DNA of 28,427 nucleotides from an uncultured Verrucomicrobiales bacterium (GTDB lineage Bacteria; Verrucomicrobiota; Verrucomicrobiia; Verrucomicrobiales; DEV007): NCBI GenBank assembly GCA_938091905.1, contig CALKOM010000091.1, positions 1 to 28,427 of the forward strand, read 5' to 3'. Shown piece by piece: positions 8,318 to 18,300 of this stretch (position 1 is its first letter; each line of letters starts with the position of its first letter). The notes under the pieces were generated by a model. It saw only the letters and a program-made list of their open reading frames with translations, ran no database searches and was not told where the DNA came from. The position numbers and the translations under genes were made by a program.

Positions 8318-10246
8318 TTAGGAAGCCTTTTCGGCGAGAGGTCTGCTTCCAACGGTCGGCACGCTCGCTCGGTTCCACGGGAAGTTCATGTGCTGGTAGA
8401 GGATCCTCCAGACTTCGATGAGGCTCTCTTCGGCCTCGACCATGGAGCGGTGGTTTTCTTTGTAAATGATCTTTTCAGAGACTGCTTCGTCAAGGTGGGA
8501 GCTCCAGTAGCGGACCACGCCGTCGGTACCATCGGGGACGGGGACGTCTCGTTTGGTTTGGGCAATGATCGAGTGGATCTCGATTTTCTCGGCCACGGGC
8601 AGGGTGAGTAACGTCGACAGGATAGGATTGTCGGTGCGCAAAGAGGTGACACTGTTCCTCGGTCTCTTGCTCATTTGTTGGCCGACATCGGTGAGTTGAT
8701 CGATGAGTTCCAGGTTGCCGAATACGGAATCTACCAAATCGAAAGGGAGTCGGATGAGCCAGGCACCGATATGGCCAACCACGTTGGAAGCCATTTCGCT
8801 GCCTCGATGCGGAGCCGCCATGAAGATGGCTCGATCGATGTCAGGATTGGCTTTGAAGACACCAATGTCAGCCAGCTTTTCCCGAACTGCCGGATCGATA
8901 TTGACTTGATCGATGGGGTCTTTGAACACGAGTTTCAGCAGGGCGTCTCCTGAATCTCGAATCTGCATGTTGGACAAGAGGCCCCCCATGCTGTGACCAA
9001 GAATCACCATGTTGCGCATGTTGGGAATACGCCCCTTCGGATCATAGGTTTGGCTGAACTTGGTCAGCCAAGAACGCAAGTGTACCGAGTTTTCAGCGAT
9101 GGGCGTGCCCGTGGGATAGTTGAAGAGCACGATCTGGTAGTGCTCGCGGACCACGGGATCTTGGCGAAGCCGATTGAGAAAGGGCAGCCAACCTTCTGCG
9201 GTCGAGAGCAGACCGTGGACAAGTATCAGTGGTGTCTTGTCGGGATCAAAGGGTTCGAGGGAATGCATGCCAATCGTCGAGCTGTATTCTGACGGGCGTA
9301 GTGCCGCCATGATTTTGTTAGGCTCGGCATCGCGCTCTTCGTAGTAGCGGAAGACGAGAGGGGCCGTGTAGTCGCCCTTGAGGGGAACGTTCTTATCGCC
9401 AATGTTTGCCAGGTGGTCCTTGGTGAGGTTCTGAAGCACCAAGGTCACGTCCGGGCCGTTGAAGCGTAGAGAGCCGTTCACGGGGATACCGAAACCTGAT
9501 GGACTCATGAAGGGATCGCGTTGCTCCCACTCAGGGGAGTGCTTGATGTGGCCCACCAAGGCGGCCCCGAAGCCCTCTTGGATCACCCGTTTGAGCTCAA
9601 TCCCCTTGAACTCAAGAAAGTCGGCCGGTGCCATGTCGTTGAACTGGCGCGGCGACACCAAATGATCTCCCTGAGCGAGCCGAACCACGTATGAATTGAG
9701 GTTGCCGGAGGTCCGAAAGGCTTGACTGAGATCGATCTGACTCTCATAGGCCAGCATGGTGACGCGCGAGACGGCGTAGTCGTAAAGGGCGCTGTCCGGA
9801 GTCGCCTCAACCGCAGTCGCGTCCTCCAGAGCGGCCGTATGGGTGAGCGCGGCGGCATCGAGGTAATGGCCGATGGCTTCGTTCTGATCCGTCTCGGCCA
9901 GACGATCCCCGTGTCCCGAGGAGATCTCGGCCAAGGCCTGGCGGCGAGGCTCGGTGGGCTGAGCCTCGTAGCGTTGGGCCAGCGTGCGTTGGGCCTCGAA
10001 CGGATCCCGGCGATAGACCTTGAGGAGCCGCTCCTCTCGCAGCGTGGTGGCTGTTTCCTCGGCCAGCTCCGTTGGGTCCATGAGCGCCCGCAGCAGAGCC
10101 GAGTCAGTGATTGGGCGTGAGAGGCGCTGCACCCCCGGGCTGGAACAAGAGACGCCTTGAAAGCAGATGGCGAGCAGGGCTGCTGCGCAGGCCAGCTCTG
10201 TAGTCAACAAACGATGGATGGGGCGGCTTTTTTCTCCGGGCTTCAT
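8318..10246 (-). CDS. Alpha/beta-hydrolase (esterase/lipase-like), probable lipoprotein
   Basis: ILVHGLLS oxyanion motif, GHSMGG nucleophile elbow, APHRGS, DGVV.Y.S and a late His (ENH). The N-terminal hydrophobic stretch ends in GVSC. Confidence 0.88.
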   Translation of the reverse strand: MKPGEKSRPIHRLLTTELACAAALLAICFQGVSCSSPGVQRLSRPITDSALLRALMDPTELAEETATTLREERLLKVYRRDPFEAQRTLAQRYEAQPTEPRRQALAEISSGHGDRLAETDQNEAIGHYLDAAALTHTAALEDATAVEATPDSALYDYAVSRVTMLAYESQIDLSQAFRTSGNLNSYVVRLAQGDHLVSPRQFNDMAPADFLEFKGIELKRVIQEGFGAALVGHIKHSPEWEQRDPFMSPSGFGIPVNGSLRFNGPDVTLVLQNLTKDHLANIGDKNVPLKGDYTAPLVFRYYEERDAEPNKIMAALRPSEYSSTIGMHSLEPFDPDKTPLILVHGLLSTAEGWLPFLNRLRQDPVVREHYQIVLFNYPTGTPIAENSVHLRSWLTKFSQTYDPKGRIPNMRNMVILGHSMGGLLSNMQIRDSGDALLKLVFKDPIDQVNIDPAVREKLADIGVFKANPDIDRAIFMAAPHRGSEMASNVVGHIGAWLIRLPFDLVDSVFGNLELIDQLTDVGQQMSKRPRNSVTSLRTDNPILSTLLTLPVAEKIEIHSIIAQTKRDVPVPDGTDGVVRYWSSHLDEAVSEKIIYKENHRSMVEAEESLIEVWRILYQHMNFPWNRASVPTVGSRPLAEKAS

Positions 10247-10473
10247 GTGGATTGAACGATGAGAGCTGTCCTGTAGACGGAGAAAGGTGAGAGGAAAAGG
10301 TTTTTGGGAGACAGCTTTGAGTGCTGTCAGGGTGTCTCTTGGCTCGGGAAGCCCGCGCGTGGAACCTTCTCTGAAGTTTGATTGGACTTGGAGAAATCCT
10401 TAGGTTCTGGGAGTGAATTGGACTTTTCCCTCGCGATTGATCGCTCTCGGCCTGTGGGCCTTCGGTGGGGTTA

Positions 10474-10535
10474 CTGCTAGGAAACTGCTTTTCGTCTACA
10501 GGGTAAGATTCGCCGCATTGCTAGGGCTGGGGTTC
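10474..10535 (+). repeat. Dispersed direct repeat, copy 2
   Basis: CTGCTAGGAAACTGCTTTTCGTCTACAGGGTAAGATTCGCCGCATTGCTAGGG, in the same orientation as copy 1 at 7590. Confidence 0.9.
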
Positions 10536-10927
10536 AGCGGTCTGGTTGAGGACGGGCGGGTTGGCTTTGCTTTGCTTTGCTACTGGATTGCGAATCCAGT
10601 CTCCCAAGGGAGGCGCGGGCTGGGTTCGGCGTTGGACTGCTCCTCTACTACCACCGCGATGCAGCATGAATACGGACGATTCGAGTTTCCGGACACTACG
10701 GCATCCGCGAGGTAGCGCGCCAATATTTCCACCAGCAGCCGAGGGTCATCGTCACCGTGGCACCCAGTTCGTAGATTGAAGCTCAAGCTTTGCTCCAGAG
10801 AAGAATTGAGACAAAACACGCGTCTCGCCCAACGTGCAGGTTGTCTGTGTAATGGGGGAGGGCAGGATATCAGAACACTAACATAGGAATAGTTCCGTCT
10901 TTGTTTGTTCGGTCATGTTCACCATTG

Positions 10928-11872
10928 TTATTGAGCAGGGTGGGACAGCTCCATCTCTAGCAGTCGCTCCTCAAACCTTTCCACTGTGCTGCCACCGAGA
11001 ATTGTTTTGGTGAATTCTTCAGCCAACCGCTGCTTCGAATCCCTCAGGCACTCCTGCTCGATGAGTGCTCGAACATCTTCTAATGGTCGAACTGATTCTT
11101 CCCTACGATCCATCAGGCGTACAAGAAACAGCCCCTCATCGGAGCTTGATACATCGCTCAAATCGCCCGGCAGCCTTAGTCCTTTGGCCAAGTTTAATAC
11201 CACCGACATCCATGAGTCTGTAGTCGGTATAACTTCTATCCAACCAAGGTCTCCACCTTTGAATCGGGACGTGCGGTGTTCGCTGTTGTCGATTGCGATT
11301 CTACCAAAACTCTTGTCGTCAATCGTTTCCGCAGCGGCGCTAACAAGCTGCTCGCGTATGGCAACCAGGCGCGGCCGATAGCGATCTGCTAGTGGAGCTT
11401 GCCCCCGCGTATTGAACCAGAGCACTGCGACACGGACCTTTGCTGGGGTGGTGAAACGTTTATCCAAATGCTGTTTGTAGAAGGCCTCTATCTCACTCTC
11501 GGAAATTTTGAGTTCGGCCTGCTGGGTTCGGCCATGCCTTTCCTTTAGTCCTGCGATGAGTAGGTTCTCGATCTGGATTTGCACCTCCGGGTTTTTGTCA
11601 ATTCCCGCGGCTACGGCAGCCTTGGCAAACGCAGCACGTTCAATCAATGTTTCTAGTAGATCGAGTCGGCTGGTTTCATCAGTGACACGCGAGCTTTTTT
11701 GCTTCCACCAATATTGGAAAACTTCGGTTTTAACGGGTTCACCATCGACGATGGCGAGAACGTTGTCTGCAACCGGGGCTGGCGTCGGCTCCTCTTTCGA
11801 GCAACTTGCGATCACCCCTAATATAAGAAATGCAGAGAGCGTTCGTTCTGTAATCCGCTTCAAATGGTGCAT
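10928..11872 (-). CDS. PpiC/parvulin-type peptidyl-prolyl isomerase lipoprotein (PrsA/SurA-like foldase)
   Basis: Lipobox IASC after a hydrophobic stretch, probable start ATG 11872 (ORF open to 11914). Motifs VLAIVDGEPV, ISESEIEAFY, F..IA..NSE...S..KGGDLGW and PLEDVR. Confidence 0.9.
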   Translation of the reverse strand: MHHLKRITERTLSAFLILGVIASCSKEEPTPAPVADNVLAIVDGEPVKTEVFQYWWKQKSSRVTDETSRLDLLETLIERAAFAKAAVAAGIDKNPEVQIQIENLLIAGLKERHGRTQQAELKISESEIEAFYKQHLDKRFTTPAKVRVAVLWFNTRGQAPLADRYRPRLVAIREQLVSAAAETIDDKSFGRIAIDNSEHRTSRFKGGDLGWIEVIPTTDSWMSVVLNLAKGLRLPGDLSDVSSSDEGLFLVRLMDRREESVRPLEDVRALIEQECLRDSKQRLAEEFTKTILGGSTVERFEERLLEMELSHPAQ

Positions 11873-12081
11873 AGGTTGGCTGAATAGTAATCGGCAGGCG
11901 CGAGGGCGAATCATAACAGCGAAACAAATGCTTGGCGAAAAGAACTACATGAGTTGGTTGGACGCGGCTTGCTTCATAGCGTTGCCACAACATCTCCACC
12001 CAATGTTGGCAATATTTCAATCACGATACACTCTCGCCATGAAGCCGGAGTATTTAAGATTTAGCGAGTTTGACCAATTGC

Positions 12082-15000
12082 CTACGGATCGGGAAAGATT
12101 ACGGGTTTGATTCGGAAGAACTTTCCCTTTTCTCCGACCGAGTGGGTGAAGACACGCAGATATCCCTCGTCCTGGAGCCAATACGAGTGATCACCCTGTG
12201 GAACTTGCACATGTTGCCAATCGACTAGGTTAGAGCTCTGCTGCAAGAAGAAGCCGACATCCGTGAGCGGTTGTGCCGATCTCCATTTTAATTCGAAGAG
12301 ATCTGGCCCACCGACTAGGCTCAGCCTATCCTCTTGTCTAGGGTCTCTTATCGCTGGATCGCTGCCGGCAAGATACTCGCTCAGGTTCGATAATCCATCG
12401 CCGTCAGGATCAAGTTCTCGAATTAAAGACGGCTCCTGGCCGGGGAATCGCTCCCTGCTCCAATCAGCGAAACTGGCCTCGGTTCCATTTTCTCCAGAAC
12501 CTAGATAGACTACGTGAGCCACACCGGGCTCTCTCACACTAAAGCTAGATGGGGCCATGGATATGCTGATATCGATGTCGCGCGGTGCCTCTGAGGCGGA
12601 AATGTCGCGTTTCAGATTGAATTCCAGATAGGCGACACTCTGGCCTGGTGCGAAACGCAACGTTGCTGGTTGCTCATCATAATCCACCCCGTTGACCAGA
12701 GATCCAGCGTAGTCCAACCCGACTTCAAGCGAGCTTCCAACGTCACCTCTAAGGGTGATCCGGGCGGATCCGGCAGACACTTCACCAGCCCCGATATGTC
12801 TTATAGTCTGGATGACGAGGGTATTCTCCCCGCCAAGCGGTATCGACAACTGCGCGGATGGATCACTAACCTCAGGGATTAGTAGGGTTGTGAGAGCTAC
12901 TTCCAGACTGGAACCAAGAATCGCGGGTTCGAGCAGTAAGTCGACAGCGACCTCGGTCTGTCCCCGTCCCATAGAGACCGTTTTCACATCACCGTCGCCC
13001 AGTATTCCGCTTGGATGGTAATCGTAATCCAAAAGGCCGGAACCTGCGAAGCTCAGAGGCACGGAGATGGCGGCGTCAGCATTCCCGGACCGGTTCACAT
13101 AAAACCGGCGCAAGTGATTCCCATCCGCATCGATGGTTGCCGGCGCTTCAGCAAGAAAGATTTCAGTTTCAAATTGTGGGCCCCCAAGCACGAGGTTTCC
13201 TTCGCCCATCAACGTGGCGAGATCACTCCCTCCGAATGCAGTGCCTTTGACGCTGATTGTTTGGTCGATTGTCTCTCCACTACCCTCATAGTTCAATTCC
13301 AAGACAGTATTCACACTCGGGATATTGTTTTCATCGCGCTCCACGACCGTGTCAATTCTGACGAAGTCGGAAGGATTGCCTGACTGCCCCATAAAAATCT
13401 CGGTCAGGTCGATGACATCACCTTCTTCAGGCGAGAAGTCTAAAATGACATTATCACTTGCGGTTTTAGAGAAAACAAACCGGTCAGATCCACCGCGTCC
13501 CATCAAGAGATTATCTCCACCCCCACCCCGCAAAATATCTGCATGATGCCCCCCGGTCAACTCATCGTCTGCAGCGCCACCTGCGATCGAGTTACGCACG
13601 TCATCCGACCCGGTGACAATTACAGGCAAAGTGTTATGTCGATAGTTCCAAATGCGTAAGTCTTGCCAGCGCGCTAGTTGGTAATCCTCGAGCGCCCCAC
13701 GATTTTCCGGGGTTAGCACTCTGTCATACAAAATGAATTCACGCATGTTTCCCTGAAAGAATTTGTTGGCATGGTCCGAACTCAAAGCCCTCTCCGCTCC
13801 CAAACTCATGAATGTTGACAGAGGGCTGTCTGTAGTCTGATGCGACACAAACAAACCTTGCCCTTGAACACGCAGGGATGTTCTTTCCGCACCACTGGTG
13901 AGAAGCAATTGCTGAGACGGCGTGTCAGGACGCTCGCCCTCGACGCCCGATCTTACGACGGGGCCGTAAACCCTGCGTCCATTTTGGATTACTCTGATCG
14001 AGCGTGAGTGCGCTCCAGCGTCCCTGCCGCCAAGGCTCAATTGAAGGTCGGGACTGCTGAATAGCGTCTGGTCGTAGCGGTTCTCTGCACCGTTTTCGTA
14101 GACCATGAAAAGTGTAAATCGCTCCATCGACAGATCTCCGTCATCAAGGAAAAGATAGTCCTTGCCCGAAAACTGGATTCGCCCTCCTCTGTCATTCTCC
14201 GGCTGCGAGTCTGCATAGGGCTGGTAACCATCCCTCCGATAAAGTGCCAAATCTGACCACTCACTCACCGGTCCAGATACACCTGCTCTTTCCGCATCTA
14301 GCCAGACGGCCGGTTTTCCTAGCCATCCGTCGGCGGGTGAGAATCCTTCGATTTGCAAGTTCACATTGACAGGTTCGAGCACCGGATCGGATAGATCAGT
14401 GATTGTCAGTCCTACCGAAGCGTTACGGAAATCTGAGCTGACTTCGATTGAAATACGTCCGGCGAGTATGTCAGAGTAGGTAAACGGCTGTCCTGAGTCT
14501 AAAGGGGCATCTCCAGAATACCAATCCAGCCCGGCAACCGGGGCATCGACAGCCAGTCTCAGGTCTTCGGGGGAAGTATTGGCATCGACAATGGAGAAGT
14601 GAACCCCTGCTCGGCCGCCTGCCATTACCACCAGTTTGGATTCTTGGACAACAGGAGAGCTGTTCGCCGTATTTGGATCGGTGGCCTGAGCAAACTCGCG
14701 GAGGTTGTTCCATCCATCTCCATCAGGGTCAGCAACGGCATCGTCAGGTGATAGTGGATCGAGCCTGTTCTGCTCCTCCCACCAATCCGGCAGGCCATCC
14801 TGGTCAGAATCAAGAAGAGAAATGTCTACTTTGAAATCGAAGCGAAATTCCTTTCCTCGATTGGCAAAGCTGGCCACTAGCTCACCCACCTGTCCGGGAT
14901 CCAGCAGGCTGGCCGGATAACCATCCAGCGAGGCGGACTTGAGGACGTAGGTGGCCGGGGTGCTGCTAACCGTGAAGCTAGTCGATAGCTCATCGGCAGC

Positions 15001-15363
15001 TGGGGCTGTCTGTTTGTTGATTTCTCTGCGATAAGAGAACTCGCCGTTACTGCCTACCATACGCAACTCTTGCGCGAATCTAATCACGTGCTCCGGGTTA
15101 TTGGTATTGACGATCTCAAGATGCAGAGTGCCGCTAAACAACTGGTAGGTTCCACCCTCGCCAACCTTGACTACCTTCCCATAAACTACGAGTGGCAACT
15201 CGTCGAAGGCAGCTACCGGTGAGGGCAGTAAGATGACCGTCACACATGTTATGAGAAAGTATCGAACAGCAGTAAGTCGAAGCGTTATTCTCATTAACAT
15301 ATTTAGGACAATGTAATTGTGATTCATTTCAGATCTTCTTCGTGGTCGGGTTTCAATCATCAC
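12082..15363 (-). CDS. Large exported multidomain protein (DxDxDG Ca-binding repeats, cadherin-like, LamG-like, internal RTX + T1SS-target-like, Calx-beta-like, C-terminal FFR domain)
   Basis: Signal-like ...CVTVILLPSPVAA; the true start may be 15327 or 15294. Motifs DSDQDGLPDWWE, AVWLDA..FQGNMREFILYDRVL, GG..DD.L.GG nonamers, DFSPEEGDVIDL and DPDGDGLSNLSEY. Terminus SSNLVDW...KFFRI. Confidence 0.8.
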   Translation of the reverse strand: MMIETRPRRRSEMNHNYIVLNMLMRITLRLTAVRYFLITCVTVILLPSPVAAFDELPLVVYGKVVKVGEGGTYQLFSGTLHLEIVNTNNPEHVIRFAQELRMVGSNGEFSYRREINKQTAPAADELSTSFTVSSTPATYVLKSASLDGYPASLLDPGQVGELVASFANRGKEFRFDFKVDISLLDSDQDGLPDWWEEQNRLDPLSPDDAVADPDGDGWNNLREFAQATDPNTANSSPVVQESKLVVMAGGRAGVHFSIVDANTSPEDLRLAVDAPVAGLDWYSGDAPLDSGQPFTYSDILAGRISIEVSSDFRNASVGLTITDLSDPVLEPVNVNLQIEGFSPADGWLGKPAVWLDAERAGVSGPVSEWSDLALYRRDGYQPYADSQPENDRGGRIQFSGKDYLFLDDGDLSMERFTLFMVYENGAENRYDQTLFSSPDLQLSLGGRDAGAHSRSIRVIQNGRRVYGPVVRSGVEGERPDTPSQQLLLTSGAERTSLRVQGQGLFVSHQTTDSPLSTFMSLGAERALSSDHANKFFQGNMREFILYDRVLTPENRGALEDYQLARWQDLRIWNYRHNTLPVIVTGSDDVRNSIAGGAADDELTGGHHADILRGGGGDNLLMGRGGSDRFVFSKTASDNVILDFSPEEGDVIDLTEIFMGQSGNPSDFVRIDTVVERDENNIPSVNTVLELNYEGSGETIDQTISVKGTAFGGSDLATLMGEGNLVLGGPQFETEIFLAEAPATIDADGNHLRRFYVNRSGNADAAISVPLSFAGSGLLDYDYHPSGILGDGDVKTVSMGRGQTEVAVDLLLEPAILGSSLEVALTTLLIPEVSDPSAQLSIPLGGENTLVIQTIRHIGAGEVSAGSARITLRGDVGSSLEVGLDYAGSLVNGVDYDEQPATLRFAPGQSVAYLEFNLKRDISASEAPRDIDISISMAPSSFSVREPGVAHVVYLGSGENGTEASFADWSRERFPGQEPSLIRELDPDGDGLSNLSEYLAGSDPAIRDPRQEDRLSLVGGPDLFELKWRSAQPLTDVGFFLQQSSNLVDWQHVQVPQGDHSYWLQDEGYLRVFTHSVGEKGKFFRIKPVIFPDP

Positions 15364-18300
15364 ATTCCAGTGTGTGAGAATGTCTCGAACTGCAGCTGGA
15401 TGTCCGTGACGGTATCGATGAAGCGGTCGAGGCCCGCATGGGGATCGGCTTTGAGAGATGCGCCAGGAATGATCAAGAGCCAGCGGGTATTTGCTACAGA
15501 GCGACCCAGAAGCCCTGAGGAAAATGATGTGCTATCGACCTCGGGGGTCGTTCCGGATATGCTCGGGAAAGCTAGGAAATCTGAGAAGCGTACGCGATCG
15601 ACAAACGATCCATCGAGGCTCTGCGTCACCGGCATGACCGAAAGGTCATCGAAATCAGACCGGTTGATAGCATATGGTTGAGGGATCCGCTGGTTAACGA
15701 GGTTCCAGCGCCGTTTTATCGGTTTTGTGCCGTCGGAAGTCCGAAGGATATCTTCCCCGACCGGGACGAGGTAGGTTCGCGGGGTGGCCGACAGCTCTAC
15801 ACTGCCATCGCTAGAATGATCGTATCCCTCCAACCAGACCGCGTGTGAATTGATCTTGGTGGCAAAGCTTGCCACGCTGTAGGAATGGTCCGATCCGCCC
15901 AGAGGTCTGCCAAAGACGTTGAGCCCTGGTTCAATCATCGTTTCAAACTCGATCACGAGACCTGGCTGTGGTCCCTCGTCGGCTCCGGAGAATGGTCTGC
16001 AGAATCGACGGAATTCGGGTAGTGCATTGAGATTCTCTACCCTAGTTGCAGCCAACGCTTGCTGCCAGCGGCGGGTTGATTCCGTGTCGCTGCCACCACT
16101 GATGCGCAGCATCTCCGTCCGCAGCGATAGCCGCCCGGTTTCGTTCTGTGGGTTATTAAGCCCCAGTTGGCCTTTCAACGATGCGTGGTTAGCAGCTAAT
16201 TTGGCCAAAATTTCCGCCAGCCCGCCGTTACCGATTTGAGGGGTACCATTAACCCACTTACCCAGGTGTCTCGTCCGGACGATGTCACCGAGTATACTGG
16301 TAGCAGCAGCGGGGTGACCTTCGGACAGGCTGGTTTCATAGTCGTAGACCTTGGCCGCCAGCCAAGAGTAATTCAGTGCGTTGTTGAGGGCCTCCTGATA
16401 TTTGCGCGATTGCTCATCACGGCTGAGGCGCGTTGTCATGTCAGTGTAGCGGCCTCTCTGAGCAGACGCGGCGATCATTTTGTTCAAGGCCTCACGTTCT
16501 TGCTGAAGGCGGAGCCCTTCTGACTCAAGCACCTTGAACTTGGATACTGCCATGGCCATCGCCTGTATCTTGACACCAATGGCCAGCCGTATTCTCTCCT
16601 CCTCGCCCAGTTTGTTGCTGAGTGCACCAAGGATGCCGATGAGTTCCTTCTGATCGTTGGTCGCCGCTACAATTTGACTAGTGACAAGCTTAAGATTCTG
16701 TTTCGTGAACTCCAGGACTCTATCTGCAATCAAATAACCGTTAGTACTGGTTTTCACGATATTTTGTACAGCTTCTGCAGAAGCTGTCGTAGCCGATTTG
16801 ATAGAGCCCTGAATGGCCGTCGTTATAGCCCCCCCTTCACCAGGAGATTCTTTTATTGAATCCAGCGGAACCGTAATAAATCCAACTGTAGATTTGACAG
16901 CGCTGTTGATGCCCTGAAGAACAATTTGAACATCACCCAACACTTGGAGGGTAATCGCTTCAGTTAAGCGAGAAGCTTGAATTCTTGGGATAAGGGTGTT
17001 GACCTTGTCCTGCGCCTGTTCTGTGAGAATACTCAGTCCAAGTAGGTATTCGTTGTAGGCTTCCAGCGACAACTCCATTTGGGCTTCGGCGAGTAACATG
17101 GCATTCAGGGAAGATTCTATTTTGCCGGCTGATCGTCGTCCCCCCCAGTCACTCGGAGCCTTGAAGGCGTAGCCTGCAGTGTGGGATATGGGGATCTGAG
17201 CAGCCAGCGTGTCGCTTTCAGGCTTATTGCCGAGAACGACATGCGGAGCTTTTCGACCCTCAAGATAGTAGCGATACTGGTAAGAGTCAGTATTGGCCTC
17301 TTCCACAGAGTCATTCCCGTCCCAATCCGTCCAAGTGACACCGACTAGGTCATCGCCGCTAAGGCTTGTAGCGTTGTGCTGGATAGTGATGAACTCAAGG
17401 GGCGTGCCATGACCCTCGGAAGCCTTTGGAGTAATCTGTTCTACTTCTACCGCGGGCATATACATGTAGGTTAGTAGATCTGGACCAGTGTAACCTTCCG
17501 GATACAGCTTGCCGGGACCAATCTGTCCATCATGGGGAGTGCCAAAAAGGTTGATCAGCCGGTTCCGATAATCCAGATCCTGAAGGATCGCTTTCTGTTG
17601 GAGCGAATAGTTATCCTGTTTTTGACGCCTCAGAAGCTGTCCGGACTCGTTTAGGAAAGACAGCGCTGCCTGTGCGTTCCCAACTGCAGAGGTCGCTAGT
17701 TTGTAGACTTGGTCAAAATGAGTCTGGCGTCCAGGTGGTGAACCGTTTTGTAGCAATGGATCCATTCCAAACATGATTGCATCTTGATCCATCCCCAATG
17801 GGTTGGCCCCCTGATTCACACCGTCGAGCGTCTGTTGGATCTCGTTCATGAGCGCTGCTAGAGTGGAAAGATCTGCGACATTCATCTCGCGATCGATGCG
17901 ATCCAGTCCCTCAGCTGGCTGCTCTGGATCATTGGGAGCGGATGCTTCGGTCGGAACGATCGCGTTCCCCGTAAGCCAGTCGAACCAGGCACCATGAGCA
18001 ACCCGACCAGACCATTCAGAGACCCCCCACGCCCTGGCTGGATCTACACTGTCGGTGTAGCCCTGCCATTGCCCCTGCGGGTCCGCAACGTACGCATCAC
18101 GATAGGTCGCTTTGACCACGTTCAAACCGACGGTTGCCTTCTGGGCGGCAATGCGGGCAAAAGATTTCTCGTCGAGGTAGTCGGTAGGTATCACGTTTCC
18201 GAGGAGTGAATACAGCTCGGCTCGTGCACGCCAATCGAAGCCAGGACGCCTCAGGAGCTCATAGTGCATTTTGGTTGAATGCACATGGTGACCCCACGCA

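Noticed and set aside
10413..10819. Three short overlapping ORFs between the hydrolase and the PPIase
   Set aside because: No recognisable motifs, mutually overlapping, and one spans the non-coding repeat. This may be decayed sequence, but it cannot be assigned.
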